Part shown: piece by piece, positions 39,131 to 49,566 of the stretch
How the letters are laid out: each line of letters opens with the position of its first letter
Position numbering within the stretch: the stretch's first letter is position 1
Assembly: GCA_903851135.1 (NCBI GenBank)
Contig: CAINNK010000012.1
Location: 4,282 to 68,281 of the forward strand
Direction of reading: 5' to 3'
Source: an uncultured bacterium
GTDB lineage: Bacteria > Patescibacteriota > Minisyncoccia > Moranbacterales > GWC2-37-73
Length of the DNA: 64,000 nt
Notes under the pieces: generated by a model
What the model was told of the DNA's origin: nothing
Seen by the model: the letters and a program-made list of their open reading frames with translations, nothing else
Database searches by the model: none
Made by a program: the position numbers and the translations under genes

Positions 39131-39661
39131 ATGCACAAACAAAAAGATATTTTAGCTCCCCAAGCACTGCGTGTTTTGGGCATTGACCCAGGAACTGCTA
39201 TCGTGGGCTGGGCTGTTTTGGAAGAATGCAAAGGTTGCGTCAAACCAATAGCCTATGGACATATCACAACTTCGCCAAAAAACAGCACAGCTGAGCGACT
39301 TTTGGAAGTGGTGAGGGATTTGGAAGAGATAATCCAAAAATTTGAGCCGCATGAGGCGGCGGTGGAAGATTTGTTCTTTTTCAAGAATCTCAAGACTGTG
39401 ATGAAAGTCAGCCAAGCTAGAGGCTCGATACTCTTGACACTCGAGCGATTTTGTGTTAGCATTTTTGAATATACACCGCTCCAAGTTAAGCAGGCAATTA
39501 CTGGTTACGGACGAGCTGAAAAAAAGCAAATTCAGATTATGACTCAGAAAATTTTAAATCTTAAAAGTATTCCCAAGCCAGACGACACGGCCGACGCGAT
39601 TGCGATTGCGCTTTGCCATTTGAATAGTCGAAAAATGACTTCGGTCAAAAAAGGTTGTTAA
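39131..39661 (+). CDS. ruvC: Holliday junction resolvase RuvC
   Basis: VLGIDPG, AVEDLFF, EYTPLQVK..ITGYGRAEK, DDTADAIAIA. Confidence 0.97.
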   Translation: MHKQKDILAPQALRVLGIDPGTAIVGWAVLEECKGCVKPIAYGHITTSPKNSTAERLLEVVRDLEEIIQKFEPHEAAVEDLFFFKNLKTVMKVSQARGSILLTLERFCVSIFEYTPLQVKQAITGYGRAEKKQIQIMTQKILNLKSIPKPDDTADAIAIALCHLNSRKMTSVKKGC

Positions 39662-39682
39662 CTATTTTATAAAAGTATCTTT

Positions 39683-40339
39683 ATGGATAACATCAGTCCT
39701 ATCATTAGTTTTTTTGTCCGTCAGGGCGTGCCACTGGAAACTGTTATTTTGCTTTTAATTTTGCCAATCATTGTGACATTGATTGCTTTTTTTCGTCAGG
39801 TGGTCGGAATTAAGGCTTTCGGTATCTACACGCCGGCGATTGTGACTTTTGCTTTCTTGGCCGTGCCACAACTTCGCTATGGCGTGATTGTTTTTATCAG
39901 TGTGATTTTGGTTGGAATGTTAATGCGGGTCGCACTTAAGGGGCTGCGAATTCTTTATCTTCCGCGTGTGGCAATCACTCTAAGCGTGATTGCTTTTTCA
40001 ATTTTGATGCTGCTAGCTCTAGGGGGATACATGCAAAGAACTGGGCTTGCTAGTGTGACGATTTTTCCAATTTTGATTATGATTACAATTGTGGAGAAAT
40101 TCGTAGTAGTTCAAATTGAAAAAGGAAACAAAGCTGCTGTTATTTTAGCCATAGAGACTCTGGTTATTTCATTGGCCGGGTATTATTTGGCCAGTTGGCC
40201 CTTGTTGATCAGGGGTATCGTGGCTTTCCCATGGATGATTTTAATCACTATTCCGATTAACATTTTTCTTGGGAAATGGGATGGCCTGCGCTTGACCGAA
40301 TATGTCAGGTTTAAAGATGTTTTGAAGAATTTGAAGTAA
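39683..40339 (+). CDS. 7TM protein of the inactive-transglutaminase-associated family
   Basis: FFRQVVGIKAFGIYTP, LYLPRVA, IFPILIM...EK, GLRLTEYVRF. Confidence 0.8.
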   Translation: MDNISPIISFFVRQGVPLETVILLLILPIIVTLIAFFRQVVGIKAFGIYTPAIVTFAFLAVPQLRYGVIVFISVILVGMLMRVALKGLRILYLPRVAITLSVIAFSILMLLALGGYMQRTGLASVTIFPILIMITIVEKFVVVQIEKGNKAAVILAIETLVISLAGYYLASWPLLIRGIVAFPWMILITIPINIFLGKWDGLRLTEYVRFKDVLKNLK

Positions 40340-40485
40340 AAGCCCTACAAATTTTCAAATTAACTACAAATCTACAAATAAAATGCACAGTTAATAAATT
40401 TTTGTAAAAATGGTAGTTCCTTAATTTGTAGATTTGTGGAAACTATGAAAGATAATAAAATTAAAGTAATGATATATCGTCAATT

Positions 40486-41916
40486 ATGTTTGAGCAGTTC
40501 AAAAACGCACGAAAACTTTTGGGACTTAATGCTAGGAATCTGAACTATATTCGTCCGTACAACAAGAAAAAATCCAAACGGCTTGCTGATGACAAGCTTT
40601 TAAGCAAGCGCGCTTTGCGCAAAGGTGGAATTCCAGTGCCAAAACTTTTGGCTAAAATAAAATCAGCTGAAGAGTTGGAAAATTTCGATTGGGCAAGTTT
40701 GCCAGCCACTTTTGCGCTTAAGCCTAATCGAGGTTTTGGTGGGGGCGGAATTCTGGTTGTTTATGGTCGGAAAAAAGTTTCAAAAAAAATTCTTCAAGCT
40801 GATGAGCAAGCAATTTCTGAGCCAGTTTGGATCAAATCGGATGGCTCAAAAGTCACGGTTAGCGATTTGAAAAGTCATATTTTGAATATTTTGGACGGGG
40901 CATTTTCACTTTCAAACATGCCGGACATCGCTTTTTTTGAAGAGCGGTTAACGTTGCTGAAACTTTTCAAGCCCTATGCCTACAAAGGCATTCCAGATAT
41001 CCGCGTGATTGTTTTTAATCGTATTCCGGTGATGGCAATGCTAAGATTACCAACCAAGGAATCTGGTGGCAAAGCCAACTTGCAACAAGGTGGAATCGGA
41101 GTTGGGATTGACCTAAGTTCAGGGGTCACGACCACCGCCGTGCTTGGCAAGGGAAAAATTGTCGATTACGTTCCGGGAACCAGAATGCTTTTATCTGGAA
41201 TTAGGATTCCATATTGGAAAGAGATTTTGCTTTTGGCAGTCAAAGCACAAGAAATTTCTGGGATGGGATTTTTAGGCGCCGATGTGGCAATCGACAGGGA
41301 ACGTGGGCCGGTATTTTTGGAAATCAACGCGCGTCCTGGGCTTGGGATTCAAGTTGCCAACTTGGCTGGGCTGCGAGAAAGACTGGAGAGAATCAAAGGT
41401 TTGAAAATAAAAACAGCTGCCCGCGGAGTGCGCGTGGGAAGAGATTTGTTTGGTGGAGAAGTAGAAGAAGAAGTCGAGGAAATTTCTGGGCGAAAAGTGA
41501 TTGGAACGATTGAGAAAGTGAAATTGATTGGTAGAAATGAAAAAACGGTTGAAATTGAAGCCAAAGTCGACACTGGAGCTGGTTTTACTTCGATTGACAC
41601 TGATTTAGCTGAGCAACTTGGTTTTGAAGATACAGTGACGGAATTCCAAAAAATCGAGGCAACCTATCAAGACATTAAGCATCTGAGTAAAAAAGAGCGT
41701 TGGGATATCTATAAACATATCCCTCACCTTGAAAGCACAGTGGTGATTAATTCTGCTAGCGGCTCAACATATCGCCCAACTATTAAAATCACCGTAGTGA
41801 TGGATGGGGTGGTGATTCCAACGAAAGTCACTTTGATTAATCGGGCTCATTTGAAATATCCAATCATTGTTGGTAAAAGAAATTTGAAAAAGTTTTTGAT
41901 TGACGTAAATAAATAA
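40486..41916 (+). CDS. Alpha-L-glutamate ligase-like ATP-grasp protein fused to a RimK-associated aspartic protease domain
   Basis: LGLNARN...DDKL, KPNRGFGGGGI, PDIRVI, GKANLQQGG, EINARPGL; C-terminal AKVDTGA...IIVGK. Confidence 0.88.
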   Translation: MFEQFKNARKLLGLNARNLNYIRPYNKKKSKRLADDKLLSKRALRKGGIPVPKLLAKIKSAEELENFDWASLPATFALKPNRGFGGGGILVVYGRKKVSKKILQADEQAISEPVWIKSDGSKVTVSDLKSHILNILDGAFSLSNMPDIAFFEERLTLLKLFKPYAYKGIPDIRVIVFNRIPVMAMLRLPTKESGGKANLQQGGIGVGIDLSSGVTTTAVLGKGKIVDYVPGTRMLLSGIRIPYWKEILLLAVKAQEISGMGFLGADVAIDRERGPVFLEINARPGLGIQVANLAGLRERLERIKGLKIKTAARGVRVGRDLFGGEVEEEVEEISGRKVIGTIEKVKLIGRNEKTVEIEAKVDTGAGFTSIDTDLAEQLGFEDTVTEFQKIEATYQDIKHLSKKERWDIYKHIPHLESTVVINSASGSTYRPTIKITVVMDGVVIPTKVTLINRAHLKYPIIVGKRNLKKFLIDVNK

Positions 41917-41922
41917 GTGTAT

Positions 41923-42876
41923 ATGAAAAATATTATCATAATGTATGCAGGGGATGATTGGAAAAAGACAGTCCCAATTTCCAATGAAGGAACCAGGATT
42001 GCGATTCAAGATTGGATGGTGCGAGCAGAGAAGGCGGGGGTTATGCTATATCGTGCTAGTATGAAATGGTACGACTGCGAAAAGAATCAATTCGAAAAAG
42101 CCTGGACATTTAAGAATGGAAGTTGGTTGAAAATTGAAAAGAGCATTCAGGCAGACCTGATTTATGATAAAGTATTGAGTAAATATGACTATTCTTTGTT
42201 AGATTTTAAATTAAAGATAGCGCAAAAAACAATTCTTTTTAATTCGCCACTTTTTCGAGCAATTTTTAATAGTAAACTTTCTCAATATGTTATGTTTGGC
42301 CAATTTATGCCATTTTCGCAAATTGCGAATGACGAAAGTGAACTGAAAATTGCAATAGCGCAAAGTCCGGCAGAAAAAATTGTAGTCAAGCCCCTGTATG
42401 GTTGCGGCGGGCAAGGCATTTTTATTGGAAAGAAAAGCGAGGCTCTTAATCAGGAATATAAATATCCAGTTTTAGCTCAGGAATTCATTGTGAGCGAAAA
42501 AGGTATTCCTGGAGTTTCTGAGAATGATGAAATCGCAGATCTGCGTCTTGTCTATCAGGGTGGCAAGATGGCTTATGCTCTTTCAAGGATTGCCGCCCAA
42601 GGGTCTTTCTTTACTAATCTGCATCAGGGTGCAACTGGAAAAATGATTCTCAATGAAATGATTCCGAATAGTTTAATGAAAATAGCAAAAGAGCTTAATC
42701 AAAAAATTTCTATTTTTCCTGGCGCGCAGTATTCTTTAGATTTTATTTTTGATAATTCTGGAAGACCTTATTTTATAGAAATGAACACAACTCCTGGCAT
42801 CGATCTTGTTACGTTGTTGGCGGATGAAAAAGTAAAGCAAGCTAACTTTGATTTTATAATTGATTTATTGAAATGA
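41923..42876 (+). CDS. ATP-grasp protein (RimK/YheCD-like)
   Basis: VVKPLYGCGGQGI, AQEFI, DLRLV, TNLHQGA, DFIFD, IEMNTTPG. Confidence 0.85.
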   Translation: MKNIIIMYAGDDWKKTVPISNEGTRIAIQDWMVRAEKAGVMLYRASMKWYDCEKNQFEKAWTFKNGSWLKIEKSIQADLIYDKVLSKYDYSLLDFKLKIAQKTILFNSPLFRAIFNSKLSQYVMFGQFMPFSQIANDESELKIAIAQSPAEKIVVKPLYGCGGQGIFIGKKSEALNQEYKYPVLAQEFIVSEKGIPGVSENDEIADLRLVYQGGKMAYALSRIAAQGSFFTNLHQGATGKMILNEMIPNSLMKIAKELNQKISIFPGAQYSLDFIFDNSGRPYFIEMNTTPGIDLVTLLADEKVKQANFDFIIDLLK

Positions 42877-43901
42877 AAAATAAAACTCCGCGTATTGCTA
42901 TGGTTGCACCACCTTTTGGTGATACGGGAGGTCCGGAAATTGTTGCTCAAAACTTGACAGATGCTTTTTTGGAGTTAGGCGTGGACGTAACCTTGTTTGC
43001 GCCAGCTGATTGGAATACTGATGCCAGGCACGTTGTGTCGCTCGAGAAAAGCATTTGGAATATGAAAAATATTCGGCAGCTTGGCTCGAAAGAATTTAGA
43101 AAAATTAAGATTTCCAGTCAGGAAAAAGTTCTGGATTCTCAGAAGGATTTTGATATTATCCATCTCCATTCGCAGCGATATGCTGCCGGTGTTTGCGAAA
43201 AAGCTGAAATTCCTTGTGTTATTTCATTTCACAATAGGATTTCTAAAGATGCTTTCGACAAAATGACAGATGTGAATCTTTATACAGTCGCGCTTAGCCA
43301 GTCTCAGCGTGGAGCTCTTGCGACCTCGGCCGTAATATACAACGGTGTTCCGACAAAAAAAATTCAGTATTCATTCGAAGCTGGAAAATATCTAATATTT
43401 GTTGGAAGGCTAACCGATCAAAAGGGAATTGACACTGCTATTGAAATTGCAAGAGAGGCAAAACAAAAACTTTTGATTTTTGGCAGAATTGGTAACACGC
43501 AAGACAGAAAAGACTTTTTCGCTGAAAAGATAGAGCCATTTCTAAGTGAGGATATTATATATAAAGGAGAGGTTGAGCATAGTCAAGTATATGAATATTT
43601 AAAAGGTGCCTCAGCGTTGCTTTTTCCAATTAGACGGCCCGAAGTTTGTCCGATGGTTGTAGCTGAAGCACTAGCGTGCGGAACGCCCATTATAGGCACA
43701 ACGATAGGACCGTTGCCGGAGCTTCTAAATAACCAGAAAGTTGCATTTCTTTCCGATAATTTTGCTGAGCTGGTTAATGCTGTAAAGAATACACATCTTT
43801 TTGATAGAAGAGCTTGCAGGAAATATGCCGAGGAAAATTTCGACAGCACTGTCATGGCTAAAAAATATCTGAAACTTTATGAGCAAATTCTCGGAAAATA
43901 A
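42873..43901 (+). CDS. Glycosyltransferase family 4
   Basis: GGPEIV, IHLH, IYNGV, FVGRL..QKG, E.CPMVVAEALACGTP. Confidence 0.92.
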   Translation: MKNKTPRIAMVAPPFGDTGGPEIVAQNLTDAFLELGVDVTLFAPADWNTDARHVVSLEKSIWNMKNIRQLGSKEFRKIKISSQEKVLDSQKDFDIIHLHSQRYAAGVCEKAEIPCVISFHNRISKDAFDKMTDVNLYTVALSQSQRGALATSAVIYNGVPTKKIQYSFEAGKYLIFVGRLTDQKGIDTAIEIAREAKQKLLIFGRIGNTQDRKDFFAEKIEPFLSEDIIYKGEVEHSQVYEYLKGASALLFPIRRPEVCPMVVAEALACGTPIIGTTIGPLPELLNNQKVAFLSDNFAELVNAVKNTHLFDRRACRKYAEENFDSTVMAKKYLKLYEQILGK

Positions 43902-44011
43902 ACAACATTTTTCAAGAAGTAGTTATTTTAAGACAACGCAAAGTAATGATTTTCGTTTGGAATATTTTTTCAAGGTGATATAATTACGAAATATCCATAA
44001 AGAAACAAATT

Positions 44012-45346
44012 ATGAGTTTTGAATTTTCAGGAAATCACATATCGGAAAACAAGAAAGAATCAAAGCCTTTTGATGAGCAATGGTATGAAAGATTTGAAAA
44101 AATCGGGGAGTTTAAAATTATTGGAATGTTTAATGGAGATAAGGATTGGCGCGAAAATCAAAAAAGTGATTTTTTAAATCAAAAGATTGAAAATCCGAAG
44201 CTGGACTATCCTGAATTAGAAAATTTCGATTTCAATAAAAAGGAGGAAGAGCTATTGACTCTTAAGGTAGACGTCTTGAAATTTGAGAATAATGAAATTG
44301 TTAAGCAAATCTATCGCTGGAAAATAAATGAAAAAATAGCAAGCGTGAGAATGTTGAGGTGCTCGAAAGAGGGAGATTCGCATAGGTTTAAAAGATATTA
44401 AGAATATGTTTTTGGCAAGCCGGAAAAGGAAATTTTCTTGCAATCCCTTATTAAAGTTAAGCACGTGATTGATGGAAAAAGATCAGATTCTGATCAAAGA
44501 ATTATTGAGGCGATTGCAAGACTTGATCAAAATATAAACATACCAGAGGAAATTGAGACCTCTATTGATATAAACAGTTATGATTTTCCGAAATTAAAAT
44601 CAACTAAAAATGAGCCAGAATATTCCGCTGAAGAAATTAAAGTTGCTTTTCAGCGGGCATTATTGGAATGCAATGCTCAGGGGTGGTCGGTTGTTCTTGA
44701 CGAATCGGGAAACACTGCCATAAACGTCAATCAAGAAAATAAGACCGTCTATGTCCCAGCTGAGAGGAAGGTTAAGGAAACAAAACTCAAGGCGCTCATT
44801 GCCCATGAAATAGGTACGCATGCCCTAAGAAGAGAGAATGGCGAAAGGTCAAAACTAAAATTATTAGGTCTTGGGCTTGATCGCTATTTGAAAGGTGAAG
44901 AAGGTTTAGCCAGATATAAGGAACAAGAAATTATTGGCGCAACGGACTTCGCTGGTTTTGATTGTCATTTGGCAATTTCCCTGGCAATGGGGCTGGATGG
45001 CAAAAAAAGAGATTTCAGGGAAGTTTTTGACATTTTGCGTGATTATTATTTTGTGAAATCAAAAAATGCAAACAGGGATGAATCCTGGAAAAACGCGGAA
45101 GAATTAGCTTGGAAAAGATGCCTTAGAGCTTTTCGAGGTACAACCTGTGACATTCCAGGTGCTTGTTTCACCCAAGATATCGCTTATAGAGAGGGGAATA
45201 TTGGTATTTGGAATTTAGTCAAAAAAGATGACGATGAAATGCGAAGGGTAATGGTTGGAAAATATGACCCTACCAGTGAGCGTCACATCTGGATTCTTGA
45301 CCAACTTGGAATTTCAGATAGTGACCTGGAAACCCTTGCTAATTAA
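44012..45346 (+). pseudogene. DUF1704 (QEGLA/MATCAP-like) metallopeptidase interrupted by one in-frame TAA at 44399-44401
   Basis: ORFs 44012 and 44438 are in the same frame and read FKRY*EYVFGKP; motifs AHEIGTH, EEGLA, QDIAYREG. Confidence 0.75.
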
Positions 45347-45554
45347 TTAGACTCTTGTATACTAGAGCAACTTTGAAAATAAGAGTATAATTAATTTTAG
45401 AACTTATGCATTTACTCTCAAATTCCTAGAGCGTAATTTGTTTACCAAGAAAGGTCCTAATGGTCTACTTAGCGCTTTGCTTGCCAAAAAAGTAAGTTGT
45501 AAGTAATTTTCGATTAAGCACATAAGTCCTAAGATTATATTTATCAGATATATT

Positions 45555-48068
45555 ATGAAACCAATATTTATCTCACAAAATTTTAAGAAACTCAAGAACA
45601 TGTCTGCCAAGGACAAATGGAAACTGGCTGGAAAAATTGCAGCTGGTCTTTTTGCGGCTGGAATCCTTTTTGTGGTGGGAACTTTTCTTTATTTTTCCAA
45701 GGATTTGCCAAGTGCTAACTCAGTGGATGCAAAATTAGTCATTCAATCGACAAAAATCTATGATCGTAGCGGACAGCATCTTTTGTATGATGTGCATGGA
45801 GAAGAAAAAAGGACCATCGTGCCATTTAATCAGATTCCTGATAATGTGAAATATGCGGCGATTGCGCTGGAAGATCAAACTTTCTACACTCATCACGGCA
45901 TAGATCTGAAGTCGATTTTGCGTTCGGCTTATAATGATATTCTTAAGCGAGGAGCAGCTCAGGGTGGCAGCACAATCACACAGCAGTTTATTAAAAATTC
46001 TTTTTTGACTAACGAAAAAACAATAACTCGCAAAATCAAAGAGTTGATTTTAACAATTGAACTTGAACAAAAATATTCCAAAGATGATATTTTGGGGATG
46101 TATTTGAATCAAATTCCTTATGGCTCGAGTGCTTATGGGGTTGAAGCCGCCGCCCAAACTTTTTTTGCCAAATCAGCCAAGGATTTGACACTTGCTCAGG
46201 CCGCTTTACTGGCTTCACTTCCAAATGCTCCGACTTATTATTCTCCATTCGGTTCTCATACTAAGGATTTGATAGTTAGGCAGAAATCAGCTTTGCAGAA
46301 AATGGCCAATCAGGGTTATATTACGCAAGCGCAAGCGGATGAAGCAAAAAATGAAGATGTACTTTCAGAAGTGACCCCAAAGCAGGATAATATTTCAGCT
46401 CCGCACTTTGTGATGTATGTGAAGGATTATTTAAATCAGAAATATGGCGAGCAGGCGGTTGAGCAGGGAGGCTTAAGAGTTTATACAACGCTTGATTGGG
46501 ACAAACAACAGGCAGCTGAAAAAGCAGTTAGTGATGGTGCTGCAAAAAATGTTGTTAATAAAGCAAGTAACGCGGCGCTAGTTGCGATGGATCCAAAAAC
46601 TGGGCAAATTTTGGCAATGGTGGGGTCAAAAAATTATTTTGACAAATCCATTGATGGACAAGTAAACGTAGCCTTGGCGAACCGACAACCAGGATCTTCT
46701 TTCAAACCGTATGTCTATCTAACAGCTTTCACAAAGGGTTATACGCCGGAAACCTTGCTTTATGATGTGCCGACAAATTTTAGTACTGATTCTGGCAAGG
46801 ATTATACTCCGCAAAATTATGATGGAACTTTTCATGGTCCGCTTCAGATGAAAAATGCGCTGGCCATGTCACTTAATATTCCTGCCGTGAAAACTCTTTA
46901 TTTGGCTGGTGTTAATGATTCGATTACATTGGCAAAAAATCTTGGAATTAAGGGGCTTAACCAGCCGGATCGTTATGGTTTGTCGCTTGTTTTGGGTGGA
47001 GGTGAGGTTACTTTACTTGATCACGTCGATGCTTATGGCGCTTTAGCGACAGGTGGAGTTCATCACAATGAAACTGCGATTTTGAAAATTCAAGATAAAG
47101 ACGGGACAGTATTAGAAGAATATAAACAAGATGAAGGTCAGCGCGCAGTGGATGAAAAATATGTAGCCATGCTTGATTATATTATGTCAACCAATGATTT
47201 CAGGGCGCCAGTTTTCGGGGATAATAATCCCTTTAAATTCACTGATCGTCCGGTGGCGGCAAAAACCGGAACCACAAATGAATTCAGAGATGGTTGGGCG
47301 ATGGGATTTACGCCGTCGATCGTGGTTGGCGTTTGGGCTGGCAACAATGACAATTCTCCAATGAAGGCAGGCGCTGATGGAATTGTGGTGGCGGCTCCAA
47401 TTTGGCGAGCTTTCATGAATCAAGCGCTGGCAAACACACCCGTAGAGCAGTTTCCGAAATATGAAAAAGAAGACGCCGGGAAAGCGGTTTTAAATGGCGA
47501 GGTTGATAAGCAAAGCAATTTAAAGGTTTGTAAAATTCCAGGAAGTAAAGGTGATTACTGCTTGGCAAATGATGCTTGTCCGCCTTCGGACGTTGAAAAA
47601 AAGGATTTTGCCGATATTCATGATATTCTTTATTATGTTAATAAGGATGATCCAAGAGGTGATGCGCCAAAAGATCCGACGAGCGATCCTCAGTTTAAAA
47701 ACTGGGAAAAGGGCGTTCAAGAGTGGCTCAAAAATGATGGAAAAGGCAACAAGAATAATGGTCCGGCGCCGACAGCTGACTGCAAAAAATCAGATTTCTC
47801 TTCTGCTAATCAACCAAAGATTTCCGTTTCAGCTTCTGGCAGTGTTTCCGGCGGTGTGACAATCAAGGCGGATGTAAATGCGCCATACGAAGTGGACAAA
47901 GTTTCTTTTTCAGTAAATGGTGATGATGCCGGATCGTCCGGGTCTGTTCCATACCAAGTTTCTTATTCTCCAGCTGTCGGCACAACTTCAATTGAAGTCA
48001 AGGCGACTGTCACTGACAAGCAGGGAAATCAGGCAAGTGATTCAAAAACGGTTTCGGTGAATCCATAA
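45555..48068 (+). CDS. Class A penicillin-binding protein (PBP1A family) with C-terminal Ig-like domain
   Basis: EDQTFYTHHG, GGSTITQQ, RKIKE; transpeptidase SSFK, SLN, KTGT. Confidence 0.95.
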   Translation: MKPIFISQNFKKLKNMSAKDKWKLAGKIAAGLFAAGILFVVGTFLYFSKDLPSANSVDAKLVIQSTKIYDRSGQHLLYDVHGEEKRTIVPFNQIPDNVKYAAIALEDQTFYTHHGIDLKSILRSAYNDILKRGAAQGGSTITQQFIKNSFLTNEKTITRKIKELILTIELEQKYSKDDILGMYLNQIPYGSSAYGVEAAAQTFFAKSAKDLTLAQAALLASLPNAPTYYSPFGSHTKDLIVRQKSALQKMANQGYITQAQADEAKNEDVLSEVTPKQDNISAPHFVMYVKDYLNQKYGEQAVEQGGLRVYTTLDWDKQQAAEKAVSDGAAKNVVNKASNAALVAMDPKTGQILAMVGSKNYFDKSIDGQVNVALANRQPGSSFKPYVYLTAFTKGYTPETLLYDVPTNFSTDSGKDYTPQNYDGTFHGPLQMKNALAMSLNIPAVKTLYLAGVNDSITLAKNLGIKGLNQPDRYGLSLVLGGGEVTLLDHVDAYGALATGGVHHNETAILKIQDKDGTVLEEYKQDEGQRAVDEKYVAMLDYIMSTNDFRAPVFGDNNPFKFTDRPVAAKTGTTNEFRDGWAMGFTPSIVVGVWAGNNDNSPMKAGADGIVVAAPIWRAFMNQALANTPVEQFPKYEKEDAGKAVLNGEVDKQSNLKVCKIPGSKGDYCLANDACPPSDVEKKDFADIHDILYYVNKDDPRGDAPKDPTSDPQFKNWEKGVQEWLKNDGKGNKNNGPAPTADCKKSDFSSANQPKISVSASGSVSGGVTIKADVNAPYEVDKVSFSVNGDDAGSSGSVPYQVSYSPAVGTTSIEVKATVTDKQGNQASDSKTVSVNP

Positions 48069-48236
48069 TTGCAAATAGAATTTCGCAAGTATACATTTTT
48101 CTTTTTATCCTAGTGAAAGTTTTTTACGACTTTTTGAGATGTTGACATCAAAGCGAATCACTTTCAAACGAAAAAAGAAAAAGCCTGCTTGTTCAAAGCT
48201 AAGATATCTAAAAAAGAAAATTATTAAATTTAAAAT

Positions 48237-48812
48237 ATGATTGCTAAACTAAAAGGTACGATTGATTTTTTGCGCGACTCTTATGTAGTTGTTGATGTTG
48301 GCGGCGTTGGATACAAGGTTTTCTTGACTACTCACACCTTCGGTATGATTGCCGGAAAAACCAATGTTGAGCTTTATATTCACACTTATGTACGTGAAGA
48401 TATTTTAGCGCTGTATGGTTTCGTGGATTTTGAAGAACTTGAAATGTTTGAACTTTTGATTTCAATTTCTGGAATTGGGCCTAAAGCCGCTTTGGGCATT
48501 CTTTCAATTGCTGATCCTAAGACAGTTCGAACTGCAGTTTTGAATGAAGACCCAGCTATTTTGACCAGAGTCTCTGGTGTTGGCAAAAAAACAGCGCAAA
48601 GAGTCATCTTGGAATTAAAAAATAAAATTTCAGATATTCCTATGCACGAGAAAGCCCAAGTGGTTTCCGATAGCGATGCGCTGGAAGCCTTGGTCACAAT
48701 GGGTTATTCCGTCTCGCAAGCGCGCGAAACTCTAAAAGAAATTTCTCCGGAAATAAAAGATGTTGGACAGCGAGTTAAATTAGCTTTGAAAAATCTAGGC
48801 AGAAGGGGCTAA
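48237..48812 (+). CDS. ruvA: Holliday junction binding protein RuvA
   Basis: MIAKLKG, VGGVGY, LYGF, ISGIGPKAA, GVGKKTAQR, ALVTMGY. Confidence 0.97.
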   Translation: MIAKLKGTIDFLRDSYVVVDVGGVGYKVFLTTHTFGMIAGKTNVELYIHTYVREDILALYGFVDFEELEMFELLISISGIGPKAALGILSIADPKTVRTAVLNEDPAILTRVSGVGKKTAQRVILELKNKISDIPMHEKAQVVSDSDALEALVTMGYSVSQARETLKEISPEIKDVGQRVKLALKNLGRRG

Positions 48813-48943
48813 ACTTGTTCGAATTTTTAAAATAGTCGCGCGCTCTTTTATTTGTGGTATAATTTAAACAAAGTTTTTGATTGAAACATAAAAAATAAAA
48901 AGCGCTTGCCAAATGTTTGGCAACCTGGCAATTCACAACATAA

Positions 48944-49426
48944 ATGGTTAAACAAAAAATATCAATAAAAAATAATTTGGCAGCGAAAAGAAGAGTCACG
49001 AAAGGTTCAACATTGGCTTTTTCATTGATAATTTTGGCTATGATGTTGACAATTGCAATGGGAATAGCGTCAGTGGAATTGATTCAGAAAAAAAATGCCA
49101 GTTCAACTCAATTTTCAGTTCAAGCCTATCAAGTTGCGGACGGTGGAACCTTGTACGCATTCAAAAAAATAGACAATGCGCGAAAAACTAGTGCTGACAT
49201 CAAATCTGAATTTAGCACCTGCACCTTTCCTGGGGACGTTAAAGATGTTGTAGAGTTTGGTGGCGACACTTCTTTTGATCTTTCTTTTTATGACGCTGAT
49301 GGTTTGCAGCTCGGATGCGACGCTTCTTCTATGGATGTTGCTAACATTAAATCAGTAGGCAGGTTTCACAATACGGTTCGTGCAGTTAATATCGGAGTAG
49401 AGGCGGCCACTCCGCCAACCCCATAG
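48944..49426 (+). CDS. PilX-like minor pilin
   Basis: Basic leader, KG/STLAFSLIIL hydrophobic helix, QAYQVADGG and C-terminal IKSVG...RAVNI. Confidence 0.7.
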   Translation: MVKQKISIKNNLAAKRRVTKGSTLAFSLIILAMMLTIAMGIASVELIQKKNASSTQFSVQAYQVADGGTLYAFKKIDNARKTSADIKSEFSTCTFPGDVKDVVEFGGDTSFDLSFYDADGLQLGCDASSMDVANIKSVGRFHNTVRAVNIGVEAATPPTP

Positions 49427-49566
49427 GATTGTCTTTTATTGTCTAAGAAAAGAAGTTTTTTTCTTGAGACTTTAGCAAAAATCAAATTCAAAACAAAAAC
49501 AAAAGAGCATTTTTCTTTAAATATGCTCTTTTGTTTTTGTTTTGTTTTATTGCTATAATTAGGCTT

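Noticed and set aside
44399-44401. Stop-codon reassignment or programmed readthrough
   Set aside because: TAA, TAG and TGA all end intact genes elsewhere in the window; this is a single isolated case.
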